Assembly: GCF_004010195.1 (NCBI RefSeq)
Contig: NC_057743.1
Location: 13,545,065 to 13,609,064 of the forward strand
Origin: Chiloscyllium plagiosum
Lineage: Eukaryota
Reading direction: 5' to 3'
Length of the DNA: 64,000 nucleotides
In this document: positions 25,184 through 37,324 of the stretch, in pieces
Numbering within the stretch: the first letter of the stretch is position 1
Layout of the letters: each line of letters starts with the position of its first letter
Position numbers and translations under genes: made by a program
Notes under the pieces: generated by a model
Databases searched by the model: none
What the model saw: only the letters and a program-made list of their open reading frames with translations
What the model was told of the DNA's origin: nothing

Positions 25184-27102
25184 CAGACCTGGGCATTTTA
25201 CGGCCTGCGGGCCATATCCAGCCCTTTGGTCGTTCCTGTCTGGCCCGCATGAGGTCAATCTTAAATTAGAATATAAATGAAAAAGTATTTACACAATGCA
25301 TGCAATACAACTGTGTTGCTTTTTTGAAAAAGATGCTTTTTTTTATTTACGTATGGACGCACATGTGCATGCGTGTGTGAACAGCTAAAAGTGATGCTTG
25401 CTGGCTAGCCCTCAAAATGTCAGCTCACGCCAAGACAAGTTATGTCATACTCCACAAAATCGCCAGAAACAGTAAACCGTTTTCTGGTGGAGAGTTTATT
25501 AAGGAGTGCTTATTGGACTCTGCAGGACTAGAATGCCCGGAGAAAAAGGATGCATTTGAGAATGCGCCCCTCTCCCGACGCACTGTAACGAGAAGGATTG
25601 GGGACATCGCGAGAAATCTGGAGCTTCAGCTGCAGCACAGAGCTGGTTGCAACCGAATGGTTGTCCAAATCTAACAGGAAAAAATGTTGGACTCTTAAAG
25701 AGAATGCAGGATAAAGTGACAGAAATTGACCCTGATCAGAAATTGGTATTTTTGCACTGTATTATACATCAGGAAGTGTTGTGTAAGTCAGTGTTAAAAA
25801 TTAACCATGTGGTTGATGTTGTAACTAAAATAGTTAACTTCATCAGGCCAAGAGCTTTGAATCACAGGCAGTTTGTTGCACTTTTGGAGGAAAATGAGAC
25901 TGAACATCGTGACATAGGCTACCACACAGCTGTCAGGTGGCCCAGCTTGGGCAAAATGCCGAAAAGTGTATGGGACCTGAGAGAAGAGATTCAAGATGCC
26001 TGTGTGAAGAAAGGGAATGGCATTCCACAGCTTTCTGATGCAGACTGGATTGCAGACATTGGTTTTGCTGTGATTGTGACTGCACTTATGAATGAACTAA
26101 ATGTGAAACTGCAGTGCAAGGGCCTTTTGAAATGTACAACTTGGTGAAGGCTTTCATGAGAAAGTTGCAGCTTCTCTCAAGCCAAATGGAGGACAACATT
26201 CTCACCCACTTTCCAACACTGAAGGAAGCTGCACCTTCAGATGATCACCTCCACAGGTACTCATCTATGTTAGGAGCAATGCATGGTGAATTTTAAGGTA
26301 ATTTCAAGACTTTAAAATGGTTAAAATGAAATGCACATGACTTTTGTCCCCATTTACATGCAATGTGGAAAATGCACCAAGTGATGTTCAGCTTGAACTC
26401 ATTGACCTGCAGTCTGACACACTTCTTGGCAGAGTACTTTAGGTCAGTCTCACTGCTTGATTTTTACTCTTCCCTCAAAGAGGAGAACTTTCCACACATG
26501 AGGAGGCATGCTCAGAAGATTTGAGTCCTCTTTGGATCTACCTATATATTTGAACAGACATTCTCAGTGCTGAAGTTCAACAAATCCAAATCCCGATCCT
26601 CTATCACTGATGATCACCTCTCAGCTGTCCTTCACATATCCACCTCAGACATTCAACCAGATTTCAGTGCATTTGTTCAAGCCCAAAACAGACTGGATTT
26701 TTCTCACTAAACAAGTAAAATGAATGGAAAAACATCAAAGCATTTATTGCTTTTTGTATAGAGTTGTTTGTTGTTTGTAATACTGAACAATACTGAAACA
26801 ACTTTTCATTATTGGTTTGTGAGATTAACATGTTAAAAATAAAATGAAATACTGAAATTATTGTTTTTACTGTTTTTTTTTCTATATTTGACGTACTCCA
26901 CAATTTCATATCTTTATTGTAACAGAATATCTTTATTCTTTTGATTATAAGTTTCAGTGCAAAACTATATAATTTAGTACTTCTTACAATGGGAGAAAAT
27001 TAATATTGAGCAGAATTATGTTCAACTTATTGTTGGTTTGGCCCTCCAACACAACTCAGGTTTCTCATGTGGCGCCTTGGAAGAATTAATTACCCAGTCC
27101 TG
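25184..27102 (+). mobile_element. hAT (Charlie/SPIN/GTF2IRD2-like) DNA transposon, internally deleted
   Basis: TIRs cagacctgggca and revcomp caggactgggta; 8-bp TSD ctctgcca/ttctacca. Motifs KPFS.GEFIKEC, LSRRTVTRRI, HCIIHQE, VRW.S.G, FGSTYI.EQTFS. Confidence 0.92.
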
Positions 27103-27424
27103 TTCTACCACCATCCTCTGTCTTCTGCCTTCAAGCCACTTCTGTCCTTCTCCACAGTAAGCACTGAAGCAAAATACTTGTTTAGTATCTCCTCCATCTC
27201 CTGCGGCTCCACACATAGGCTGCCTTGCTGATCTTTGAGGGGCCCTATTCTCTCCCTAGTTACCCTTTTATCCTTAGTGTCTTATAAAAACCCTTTGGTT
27301 TCTCCTTAAACCTATTTGCCAAAGCTATCTCATGTCCCCTTTTTGCCCTTCTGATTTCCCTCTTAAGTATACTCCTACTTCTTTTGTACTCTTGTAAGTA
27401 TTCACTCGATCTCTCCTGTCTATA

Positions 27425-27630
27425 GCTGAAACATGTGTTGCTGGAAAAGCGCAGCAGGTCAGGCAGCATCCAGGGAACAAGAGAATCGACGTTTCAGGCA
27501 TAAGCCCTTCTTCAGGAAGGCTTATGCCTGAAATGTCGATTCGCCTGCTCCTTTGATGCTGCCTAACCTGCTGTGCTTTTCCAGCAACACATTTTTCAGC
27601 TCTGATCTCCAGCATCTGCAGTCCTCACCT
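27425..27630. mobile_element. PLE fold-back insertion, family A
   Basis: Inverted arms; perfect 15-bp TSD tctctcctgtctata at 27410-27424 and 27631-27645. Confidence 0.92.
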
Positions 27631-28049
27631 TCTCTCCTGTCTATACTTGACATATGCTTCCTTCTTTTTCTTAATCAAAACCTCAATTTCTCTAGTCATC
27701 GAGCATTCTGTACACCTGGACTCTCACCTTATTTCTGAAGGCTTCCCATTTTCCAGTCCTCCCTTCACCTGCGAACATCTGCGCCTAGTCAGCTTTTGAA
27801 AGTTCTTGCGTAATACCATCAAAATTAGCCTCCTCCAATTTAGAACTTTAACTCTTACATCCAGTCTATTCTTTTCCATCACTATTTTAAATCAAATAGA
27901 ATTATGATCACTGGCCCCAAAGTGCTTCCTCACCGACACCTCAGTCACCTGCCCTGCCTTATTTCCCAAGAGTAGGTCAAGTTTTGCACCTTCTCTAGTA
28001 GTAGGTACATCCACATACTGAATCAGAAAATTTTCTTGTACGCACTTGA

Positions 28050-28570
28050 TTCAGTTCTCCTCAAATGTCGAAATCACCTGAAGACTCCTCCATTTGGTTC
28101 TGTCCAAGTTTTTTTTTCTGTGTGTTGGGATCCAGTTTGGAGAATCTGAGGGTGGCTGTAAGATTCTCTTTGTCGCTAGGTTTGAGCCCTTCTCTGTTGG
28201 GAGTTTCCATTTCCGCTGACTGCAGAATACTGTCTCATGTGAGCCTCATGACCAATCCAGTGAAGCTAGCTTCAGCATCAGATGTGCAACACTTTGCAAG
28301 GATCTTGGTGTTGGAATGTTGTCCAACCATCTGATCTTGCAAATAGATCTCAGATAATGAAGATGAAATGTTTTTTGTTACTTTGCATGGTCCCAGAGAT
28401 TACCCAAGTCTCACTGTCATAAAGAAGTGAAATAGGAACCGCTGCCTGGTAGACTTTGATTTTTGTTCTGAGACTGGTTCCATGCTTTTATCAAAGACTT
28501 TGAGTTGGGTGACAAACACGGGGCTGACTTTGGACAGGTGATGTTTAATTTTGTCATCCAGCATTATGTT
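28050..28570 (-). mobile_element. RTE-clade LINE 3' fragment
   Basis: Minus strand RTKIKVYQAAVPISLLYDSETW (RTE TK..VY...V...LLYG.ETW motif). Confidence 0.75.
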
Positions 28571-28574
28571 GTCA

Positions 28575-31353
28575 GAAAGAACATCACGGGCACAGGGCTG
28601 CAAGGGAATCAGGGTTGGGAGCTGAATATTCATGGAGACACAGCCTATTGAAAAGATAGGCACGTGAGGTGTGGAGTTGCCTTATTACTAAGAAATGAAA
28701 TTAAATCAATAGTAATAAACAAACTAGGATCAGATGGTGTTGAATGTGTGTGAGTAGAATTGAGGAACCGCAAAGGTAAAAAACTCATAGTTGGAGTTAT
28801 GTACAGGCCTCCAAAGAGTGGTCAGGAGCTCTCGCGCAAGATACACAGAAGGTAGAAAAGATATGTCAGAAAGGCAAAGTTACGGTGATCATGGGGGGCT
28901 TCATTACGTCAGTGAACTGGGAAATCAGGTTAGTGGTGTATTTGTGGAATATTTGTGGAATATCTACAATTTGTGGAATATCTACAAGATGGCTTTTTGA
29001 ACCAGCTTGTGGTGGAGCCCATTAGGGAACAGGCAATACTGGATTTAGTATTGTGCAATGAGGTAGACTTGACAAGGGAGCTTAAGGTGAAGGAACCCTT
29101 CACAATATGATAGAACTTACTTTGCAATTTGAGAGGGAGAAGATAGAATCAGAGGTAACAATATTACAGCTGGAAAAAGGCGAATACAGAGGCATGAGGG
29201 AGGAGCTGTGTTGAATTGACTGGGAGAGGATTCTAGCAGGAAAGACAGCGATGGCAGGAGTTTTGGGGAGTAATTTTGGAGACACAGCAGAGATTCATCC
29301 CAAGGAAAAGGAAGCCTGGTACAGGGAGGATGAAACAACCCTGGCTGACTAGGGAAGGCAGGGATAGTATAAAAGCAAAAGAGAAAGCATTTAATGTGGC
29401 AAATGGAACTGGGAAACTAGAGGAATGGGAAGCCAACAAAGATCAACAGAGGGCAACAAAAAAAGAAATAAGGAGGAAGAAGATTAAATATGAGGGTAGG
29501 CTAGCCAGTAATATAAAGGAAGACTATAAGAATTTCTTTAGATATAAAGAAGAAAAGAAAGGCAACATTGGTCATTGGACCACTGGAAAATGACACTGGA
29601 GAGATACTAGTGGGGAACAAGGAAATGGCTGAAGAACTGAATAATTAGTTTGTGTCTGTCTTCATGGTGGAAGACACGACTGATATTCCAAAAGTTCAAG
29701 AGAGTGAGGGAGCAGAGCTGAGTAAGGTGGACATCAATAAGGAGAAGCTGCTAGAAAAACTAAATGGCCTGAAGATGGATAAATCACCTGGACCAGATGG
29801 ACTATGCCCCAGAGTTCTAAGGGAGGTGGCTGAAGAAATAGTGGAGGTGTTCGTGGTGATCTTTCAGGAGTCATTAGAGTCGGAAAGGGTCCCAGATGAC
29901 TGAAAAATCACTAACATGACACCGTTGTTTAAAAAGGGAGTAAGGCAAAAGAGGCAGAATTACAGATCAATTAGCCTAACCTCGGTCATGGGTAAAATCC
30001 TGGAATCCATTGTGAAATATGAGGTTTCTGAATACTTGGAAGTTAATGGTAAAATAGGGCAAAGTCAGCATGGTTTTATCAAGGGGAGCTCATGCCTGAC
30101 AAATCTGCTAGAATTCTTTGAGGAAGTAATGAGCAGCTTAGACCAAGGAGAGCCAATGGATGTTATCTACCTGGACTTCAAGAAGGCCTTTGACAAGGTG
30201 CTGCACAGGAAGCTACTGATTAAGATAAGTGCCCATGGTATCAGAGGCAAGATGCTAACGTGGAGAGAAGCTGGGCTGTCTGGCAGGAAGCAGAGAGTGG
30301 GGATAAAAGGGTCCTTCTCAGGATAGCAGCCAGTGACAAGTGGCGTTACACAAGGTTCAGTGTTGAGACGATAACATTTCACTTTACAGTCGAGATGAAG
30401 GAACTGAGGGCATTCTGGCTAGGTTTGCGGATGATACAAAGTGAGGTAGAGGGACAGGTAGTAATGAGGAGGTGAGGAGGCTGCAGAAGGATTTGGACAG
30501 GTTAGGAGAGTGGGCAAAGGAGTGGTAGATGGAGTACAACATGGGAAAGTGTGAGGTCATGCACTTTGGTAGGAGAATAAAGGCATGGACTATTTTATAA
30601 ATGCGGAAAAAAATCAGAAATCTGAAGTGCAAAGAATTTTGGCAGTTCTAGTCCAGGATTTTCTCGAGGTAAGCTTGCAGGTTGAGTCAGTAGTTAGGAA
30701 GGCAAATGCAATGTTGGCATTTTTTTTGAGAGGAATTGAATATAAAAGTAGGAATGTACTTCTGAGGCTCTTTAAGGCACTGGTCAGAGCACATTTGGAA
30801 TATTGTCTGCAGCTTTTGGCCCCATATCTCTGGAAGAATATATTGGCTCTGAAGCGTGTTTAGCGGAAGTTCATGAGAACAGTCCCAGGAATGAAAAGCT
30901 TAATATATGAGGAATGTTTGAGGACTCTGGGTCTATACTCGATGGAGTTTAGAAGGATAAGGGGTAATCTAATTGAAACATACAGAATAATGAATAACCT
31001 GGACAGAGTGGGTGTTGGGAAGATGTTTCCATTGGTAGGAGAGACTTGCACCCGAGGGCACAGCCTTAGAGTAAAGGGAAGATCTTTTAAAATGGAGATA
31101 AGGAGGAACTTCTTCAGCCTGAGAGTGGTGAATCTATGGAGTTTACTACCACAGAAGGCTGTGAATGCCAGGTCATTGAGTATATTTAAGACAGAGATAG
31201 GTAGGTTCTTGAGTATCAAGGGGATCAAGGGTTACAAGGAGAAAGCAGGAGAATGGGGATGAGAAATTTATCAGCCATGATTGAATAACAGTGCAGACTT
31301 GATGGGCTGAATGGCCTAATTTCTGCTCCTATATTTTATGTTCTTATGATCTT
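28575..31353 (+). mobile_element. CR1 LINE ORF2 (EN C-term + RT) pseudogene with 3' tail
   Basis: VELRN.KG, YRPP, KSPGPDG, YRSISLTS, QHGFIKG.SCLTNL, YLDFKKAFDKV, FADD; multiple stops and frameshifts. Confidence 0.95.
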
Positions 31354-32957
31354 AGAACACTCTCAAGCTGAAAGAAGATCCTTCTGTACTGAGTGGATAA
31401 TATCTTTTTGATAGTGACTGTTGGGGTCCTGGAGTAAATGGCCAGGAGCAGGTTGAGACATTATGTGTGTCTTTTTCAGAACCATTGCCAGGCCAAAATA
31501 TTCTGAACTTAGAGCAAAGAGATCAATGAACAAATGCTTAGGTACCAGATATTAAAATCAGCCCCAAGCCAGTTAACAAAGTTAGATGCTAATACTTTTC
31601 TTGATTCATAGAATTATTTACACATCTGCTTTCTATCAACTAAACCAATGTCAAGCAGTCTCTCTCCTTCAGTGCTCTCGGTAGTTCATTAAACAATGCC
31701 CTTAATCTAGGAATTTTAACAAGATAATTGACATAGCATTAACATTAGATCTGTGAAATAATTTGACATAAAGTAACAGTTGTCTCTGTATATATATACA
31801 CTGCACTGTACGTTGTTATTATTCCTGTAATCTTGCTAAATTTATTTTCTAACTCCTTCTTATCAATGATCTCATGTAGAACGTGTCATTTTCTTCATTT
31901 TCCCATCCTTATTTTGCAGGTTTTTAAAACTTGTGATTCTGATCAATAGTGTGCAGCTCATTGTCCACTATTTTCAACATTGATTGGTTGTACACGCTAT
32001 GCCCTGACAATTTGTCAAGTTTTTCAACTGTGGTAATAATGGCTGTACATAAAGTCCTTGCTGTGAAAATTGAATCATAGTGGGACAATAGATAATCTAT
32101 TTAAATTCGGCAGATCCAGAATGATTGTACCTCAATAACATAATGGACCTGCACTCATATTCAGTGACGCATTGCATCCAACGTGAAATCAAGCAGCAAG
32201 TATCTGGATCAGATATAACTCAGCCCAAGACAGTAGACACCACGTTAATATTTTTAATAAACCAGCTTGGACTTATGATAGCACACCTCTGAAGCAGGTA
32301 GGACTTGAACCCAGGCCTTCTGGCTATGGGAGCCCTAATCGTCAATATGTATGCCCTGCCAATCCACGCCATGATGTCCAAGCAGTTGAGACAGATTGAC
32401 GCAATTTTCTGCTTTCTCTTCTTTGTGGGCTAAGATGATCACAAAGGACTGTTCTTCATCATGTTTAATTATCAGTTGGTCAACCCTGTTCCGTAAGGTG
32501 ATGGTTCAGAAAGCGTTAATGTTGGACATTGCATTAAGCTCCACCCATATGCTGATGCAATCTTGAGTGGGGTGAGGGGGAATCTCGCTTGAGGTCCTGA
32601 CGGAGCTAGATGTGTCATCCCTGGTTCCTGATAGTCTTCTTAATTTTGTCCAACTATCCAATGTAGCTATTGCTATCATACAATATACTACGTCTTGTTA
32701 TTAAGATAAGTTCCTCTTCTTGTCATAACTCAAGAGTGCTTCATCCCATTCAGGAGGGTATTTGTTAGCTCCCATAACATAAGAACTAGACATGAGTAAC
32801 ATGGCACTAAAAGATTCAACAGATATTTGTGACAGCGTTTGATGTATACATTTTACAGGTACAGGCTCTTTGGTGTCTGGGTTAATATTAAAGTATTAAT
32901 TACAATAGTAGTATGCTTCATCACCATGCCATACTTGAAGTGGCCTGAGTTAAAACA

Positions 32958-33104
32958 GAGGAGAAAGTGAGGACTGCAGATGCTGGAGATCAGAGCTGAA
33001 AATGTGTTCCTGAAGAAGGGCTTATGCCCAAAACGTCGATTCTCCTGTTCCTTGGATGCTGCCTGACCTGCTGCGCTTTTCCAGCAACACATTTTCAGCT
33101 CTGA
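32958..33104. mobile_element. PLE fold-back insertion, family A
   Basis: Perfect 16-bp TSD ctgagttaaaacagag (32945-32960, 33101-33116); HHR ttcCTGAAGAagggcttatgcccAAAACGTC. Confidence 0.9.
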
Positions 33105-34479
33105 GTTAAAACAGAGTCTGAGACTTAATTACTCTCTGATCACATACTATGATAGGGTGATGATATCGTGAGAATGTCTTTTGCATGTATACTGCATGCA
33201 AACCATCAGAAAACCCAACACCCTGATCCTCTCTGGCTTAGCAAATTGAAGCAATCTACTCATACAAACAAAACCTATCCATTCATCACCTTGTAGACTT
33301 CAAGCAGATATTGGATATAATCTCTGTAAGGTTCAAAGAATGAGATATCTACCAAGTGAACCCAACCCAGCTGCATCACATATCACTTTCCTAATCACAC
33401 ATTTTTTTCTCTAAGAAATAATAAAAATAGCAATAAAATTGTAAATAAATCCTTATATAAAGTCCCTGAACCATAGTAAGAAGAGCTGAAGATGCGACTA
33501 AATAGGAAAGCTCATGAATATTTTTTACTATTATTAACTATTGAAGTTGTTCAAGGATTATAAAGTTCAGGGACATGCATGGAATAAATTATATGTCTTG
33601 ACACTCTGTGTCTCATCTGTGTGTTCCATCATTTTATGTCATAAATCAAAAGCAGCCAAATACATCTCAAAATTATGAATTCCACATGAGTAATTCTCTC
33701 TCTCTATGTCAACTATCTATACCCCATTCCCAGACTATAATATTGTCAAATTACTGAAAGAGATGAACTGTCGACTGCTTCATGATAAATTCGAACACGT
33801 ATCTTCTAAATGTAGATTAATGTTACCACGGAACATTTCCTTCTGACTGACTGTCACATTAGGTGGGCCAGAAATAACACCGTGGATTTCATTTGAGGTT
33901 CCTTTTCTCTCTGTTCCAGAGGGTAAGATTTTACATAATATCTGTATTTTAAAGCAAAATACCAAACAATGTATTGACATTAACTGTAAGAGAAACATCC
34001 AAGATTAACATTCACTGCTGGGTGACAACAGAAGATGAACGTTTAATGTGCTCCCATATTCTTATCCCCAGTATTTTAATAGAACTGTTATCCCATTTAG
34101 AGCAATCAGGCTGGTGCTTCCATTGATAGCAGAAAGTCTCCTATGTTAAGCATTTTGCTTAGTTATTCCATATTGAACAGTGACTTCCAGGCTGAGTTTC
34201 GGTTTGACATTTCTTCAGTTTATTTTTGGTGTACACCAGGGCTATGGTTCATTGCTTTATGACTTTTGTGTGTGTAGCCCAGCAAATGCACCTGAGGAAT
34301 TGGTTATGGAGTCATTTTATTGACAGCACTGACACCATACCTTATCTTGAACTCCGTTGGGAGAATATTGTGCAGCCTTGAGCCTTCTGGTTTTGGTTTG
34401 TTACTGCAAGCAGCTCCTGAAACTGCATTTTATTATGTTATATTTTATTATATTCGGCTTGATTTTTCCTCATATTTGG

Positions 34480-35215
34480 AGCCATAAAGCCATACAGCAG
34501 AGAAGCAGACGCTTTGGCCCAACTCGTCCATGCCGACTAGATTTCCCAAACTAGTCTAGTCCCACTTGACTGTATTTGGCCCATATCCATCCAAACCTTA
34601 TTTATCCATCACCCGGTCCAAATGTCCTTTTAAATGTTGTAACTGTGCCTGCATCTATTACTTCCTCAGACAGCTCATTCCATGTATGAACTATCCTCTG
34701 TGTGAAAAAGTTGCCCTGCAGGTTCCTTTTAAAACTTTTCCCTCTCACCTTCAAACTATGTCCTCTCGCTTTGGACTCCCCTACCCTGTGGAAAAGGCCT
34801 TCACTATTCACCTTATCTTTGCCCCTCACGGTTTTATAAACATGTATTAGGATTAATGGACAGTCTTCAAGCTATTCATTTCTCTTTTTTTAAAGCTTAT
34901 TCTGAAATTATTCAAAGTGGCACCATTTCATGGTGACGAATGAAGCCTTTTCACTGCATTTTATTGTATTCTTACTGACAATAAAATCAAAATTAAAAGG
35001 TTCACCCCATACCTCCTAAGAAAAGTGACTCAGCCAACTCAGCCTTTCCGTATAACTCAAACTTCCAGTCCCAGTAACATCCTTGTAATTCTTTTATAAA
35101 CCCTCTCCAATTTATTGACATCCTATCTATAGCAGAACAACCAGAACTGGACACAGTACTCCAAAGGTGAACTCACCAACAACCTGTATGACCACAGCAT
35201 GATGGCCCAACTCCT
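34480..35215 (-). mobile_element. CR1 3' end with an insert of about 150 bp (34850-34998)
   Basis: RVGESKARGHSLKVRG..GNFFTQRIV on the minus strand. Confidence 0.85.
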
Positions 35216-35369
35216 ATTTATAAATGCAAGTCCCTGCAACCCCGGTCAAACTCCACCTAATACACATTCCTGGGAGGTGTCTTGGGTTCTTGCTCTGACA
35301 TTGAATGTATTGTATTTAATGTTGCTCCACCTTGATTATATAAACCATTTCCCATCCCTTGGTCATCCT

Positions 35370-35500
35370 AATGTATTTCCCAAAGGCTATGAATTCATTT
35401 TTAAAGAGTAGTCTTTGTTAAATACAAGCAAATGTGGCAACTTGACATGTGCACAGCAAGATCCCACACAAAGCATTGAGCTAAATAATCAGTCATGCCA
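35370..35500 (-). mobile_element. Ancient DeuSINE-like fragment (also about 63445-63560)
   Basis: gtgcacagcaagatcccaca is the reverse complement of the Deu-SINE-like tgggatcttgctgtgc motif. Confidence 0.5.
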
Positions 35501-35789
35501 GTTGTGGCTGCACTTGTGACCATTGATTTCCAAGGTTTGTACATCAGAGTTGTGTTTTAGTGATCAGGATCTCAATGAGATAGAGACCAGTGGTTTGACT
35601 ACCATGGCAGACCAGTTAAGACCTAACACATGTCAGGATAAAGCTGATTTCTTTGGTCAGTCTTCAATGGTCAGGATACTTAACTCAAGGAGTTGTTGCA
35701 TTCATTGCAATGTATACAGAAATCTGAGAGCTTCATCAAATATAACATTCCAGGCTGTGATCACCCCATGGCTATCAAAGATTCAAGAA

Positions 35790-36093
35790 TGGGTGGCACA
35801 GTGGCTCAGTGGTTAGCACTGTTGTCTCACAGTGCCAGGGACCCAGGGTTCGATTCCAACCACGGGCACATTCTCCCCGTGTCTGCTTGGGTTTCCTCCG
35901 GGTGCTCCAGTTTCCTCCCATAGTCCAACGATGTGCAGGTTAAATTGGTCATGTTAAATTGCCCATAATGTTCAGGCATGTGTATGTTAGGTGTATTAGT
36001 CAGGGTTAATGAAGGGGATTGAGTCAGGGTGGGTTACTCTTGTGTGGATTTATTGGGCCAAATAGCCTGTTTGCACACTGTAGGGACTCTATG
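35790..36093 (+). mobile_element. HE1-type SINE
   Basis: ggtggcacagtggctcagtggttagcact...ggttcgattcc...ctgtagggactctatga. Confidence 0.88.
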
Positions 36094-36129
36094 AAAGATG
36101 AGGGAATGGAAGACTACCAGGCAGAATAA

Positions 36130-36760
36130 AAGGGAGGCAGAGGTAGAGCAGGAGTCCTATAACCAGTGGCACCCACTGATTCTGAACACCCACCCACTGA
36201 ACAACCTGTTGGCAATTCTTTGGAGGGATGCAAAAGAAATGACAGCCCTGCGTGGCAGTGTATTTGACAGTGCATGAGGGAAAAGGAGGACATGTAGAAA
36301 TAAAGTCGTCAAAGAGGATTCAATGGATTGGGACATAGACAGGTATTTTGTGATTCTCAAATGTTGTGTTCTTCTTTGGTGTTAGCGCGTGAGCGCAAGA
36401 CATTCTGTGAGAAAAATGGGAAGGTTCAGAAATCAGGGTCTGTCTGGAACCAATGATATCAATAGAAAATGTGCTATGAGCCTTCAAGCAGAGTTTCAAA
36501 CTCTTGAAAAAGATGATGAAGTTCATCAGCTCAGAATTACTCCCAGTGCCTCATGTTAGTGAAAAACAAACAGGAATGCGGGTAAATGTGGAACCGGACA
36601 AATTGTTAGCAAGGAAAGATTTCAAATTCTTGAGGCATGAGGACTGGTTCAAGGGGAAACAGCACCAGTAAGAGTTGGACAGATTGCTATTGAACAAAGC
36701 TGTTCACAGTGAGAGGTGGATTAGTACTGTCTGGGAGGGTTTAAGTGAATTTTGCAGGTG
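36130..36760 (+). mobile_element. Highly degraded CR1 ORF1 (esterase) region
   Basis: VVKEDSMDWDIDR resembles VV.GDS.VRGIDR; parallels 51135-51660. Confidence 0.45.
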
Positions 36761-37324
36761 TGGAGAAACCAGAAACTAGCAGAGAGAAGCAAAAATGTGA
36801 TCAGAGGATAGAGGGACATAAGCAGCGACAAAAATTGAAACATTCCAAAGATATTCAGGGGCCAGATTGAGAGAAATATCAAAAGTGACGACATAAACTG
36901 AATGTGAGTGAGCAGGTTATTGTTCTGTAAGTGCTACTTGGGAGCACTGCCGACAGCAATCACTTTGCTCATGATAGAAATGGGCAATTTTCCACATAGT
37001 CAGGTTGATGCCAATGTTATAGTTGTACAAAAACATGTTTGCTATGGCCGTGGCTAGTTCTGGAGCACAGTGTTTTTCACTGCTCCTGCCAAAATGTTGA
37101 CTTAGCCTTTGTGGTATCCAGTGTCCTCAGCCATTTATTGATGTCAGATGGAGTGACTTAAATTGGCTGTAAACTGGCATCTGTGAGGACCTGAGGACCT
37201 TAGGAGAACAGGATGCAGAATATACTCAGCAATTCTGATGACACATGATTGTGGAAGCTTCAACCTTGTTTCTTGTATTGTTGACATTGAAAATACTTGA
37301 GAGCCTCCTCCTCCAGTTAGTTAA

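Larger units (their letters stand above)
24145..28050 (-). mobile_element. CR1/HER1-like LINE, interrupted by hAT and PLE, with internal deletion
   Basis: PQGLVLSPLLFLIYINDL, LQQDLD..W.MEFN, LVRPLLE. Sequence resumes after 27102; the RT N-terminal part is skipped at about 27145. Confidence 0.9.

Noticed and set aside
25417-26700. Domesticated GTF2IRD2/EPM2AIP1-like host gene
   Set aside because: Frameshifts, stops and deletions, plus TIRs and a TSD inside a LINE.
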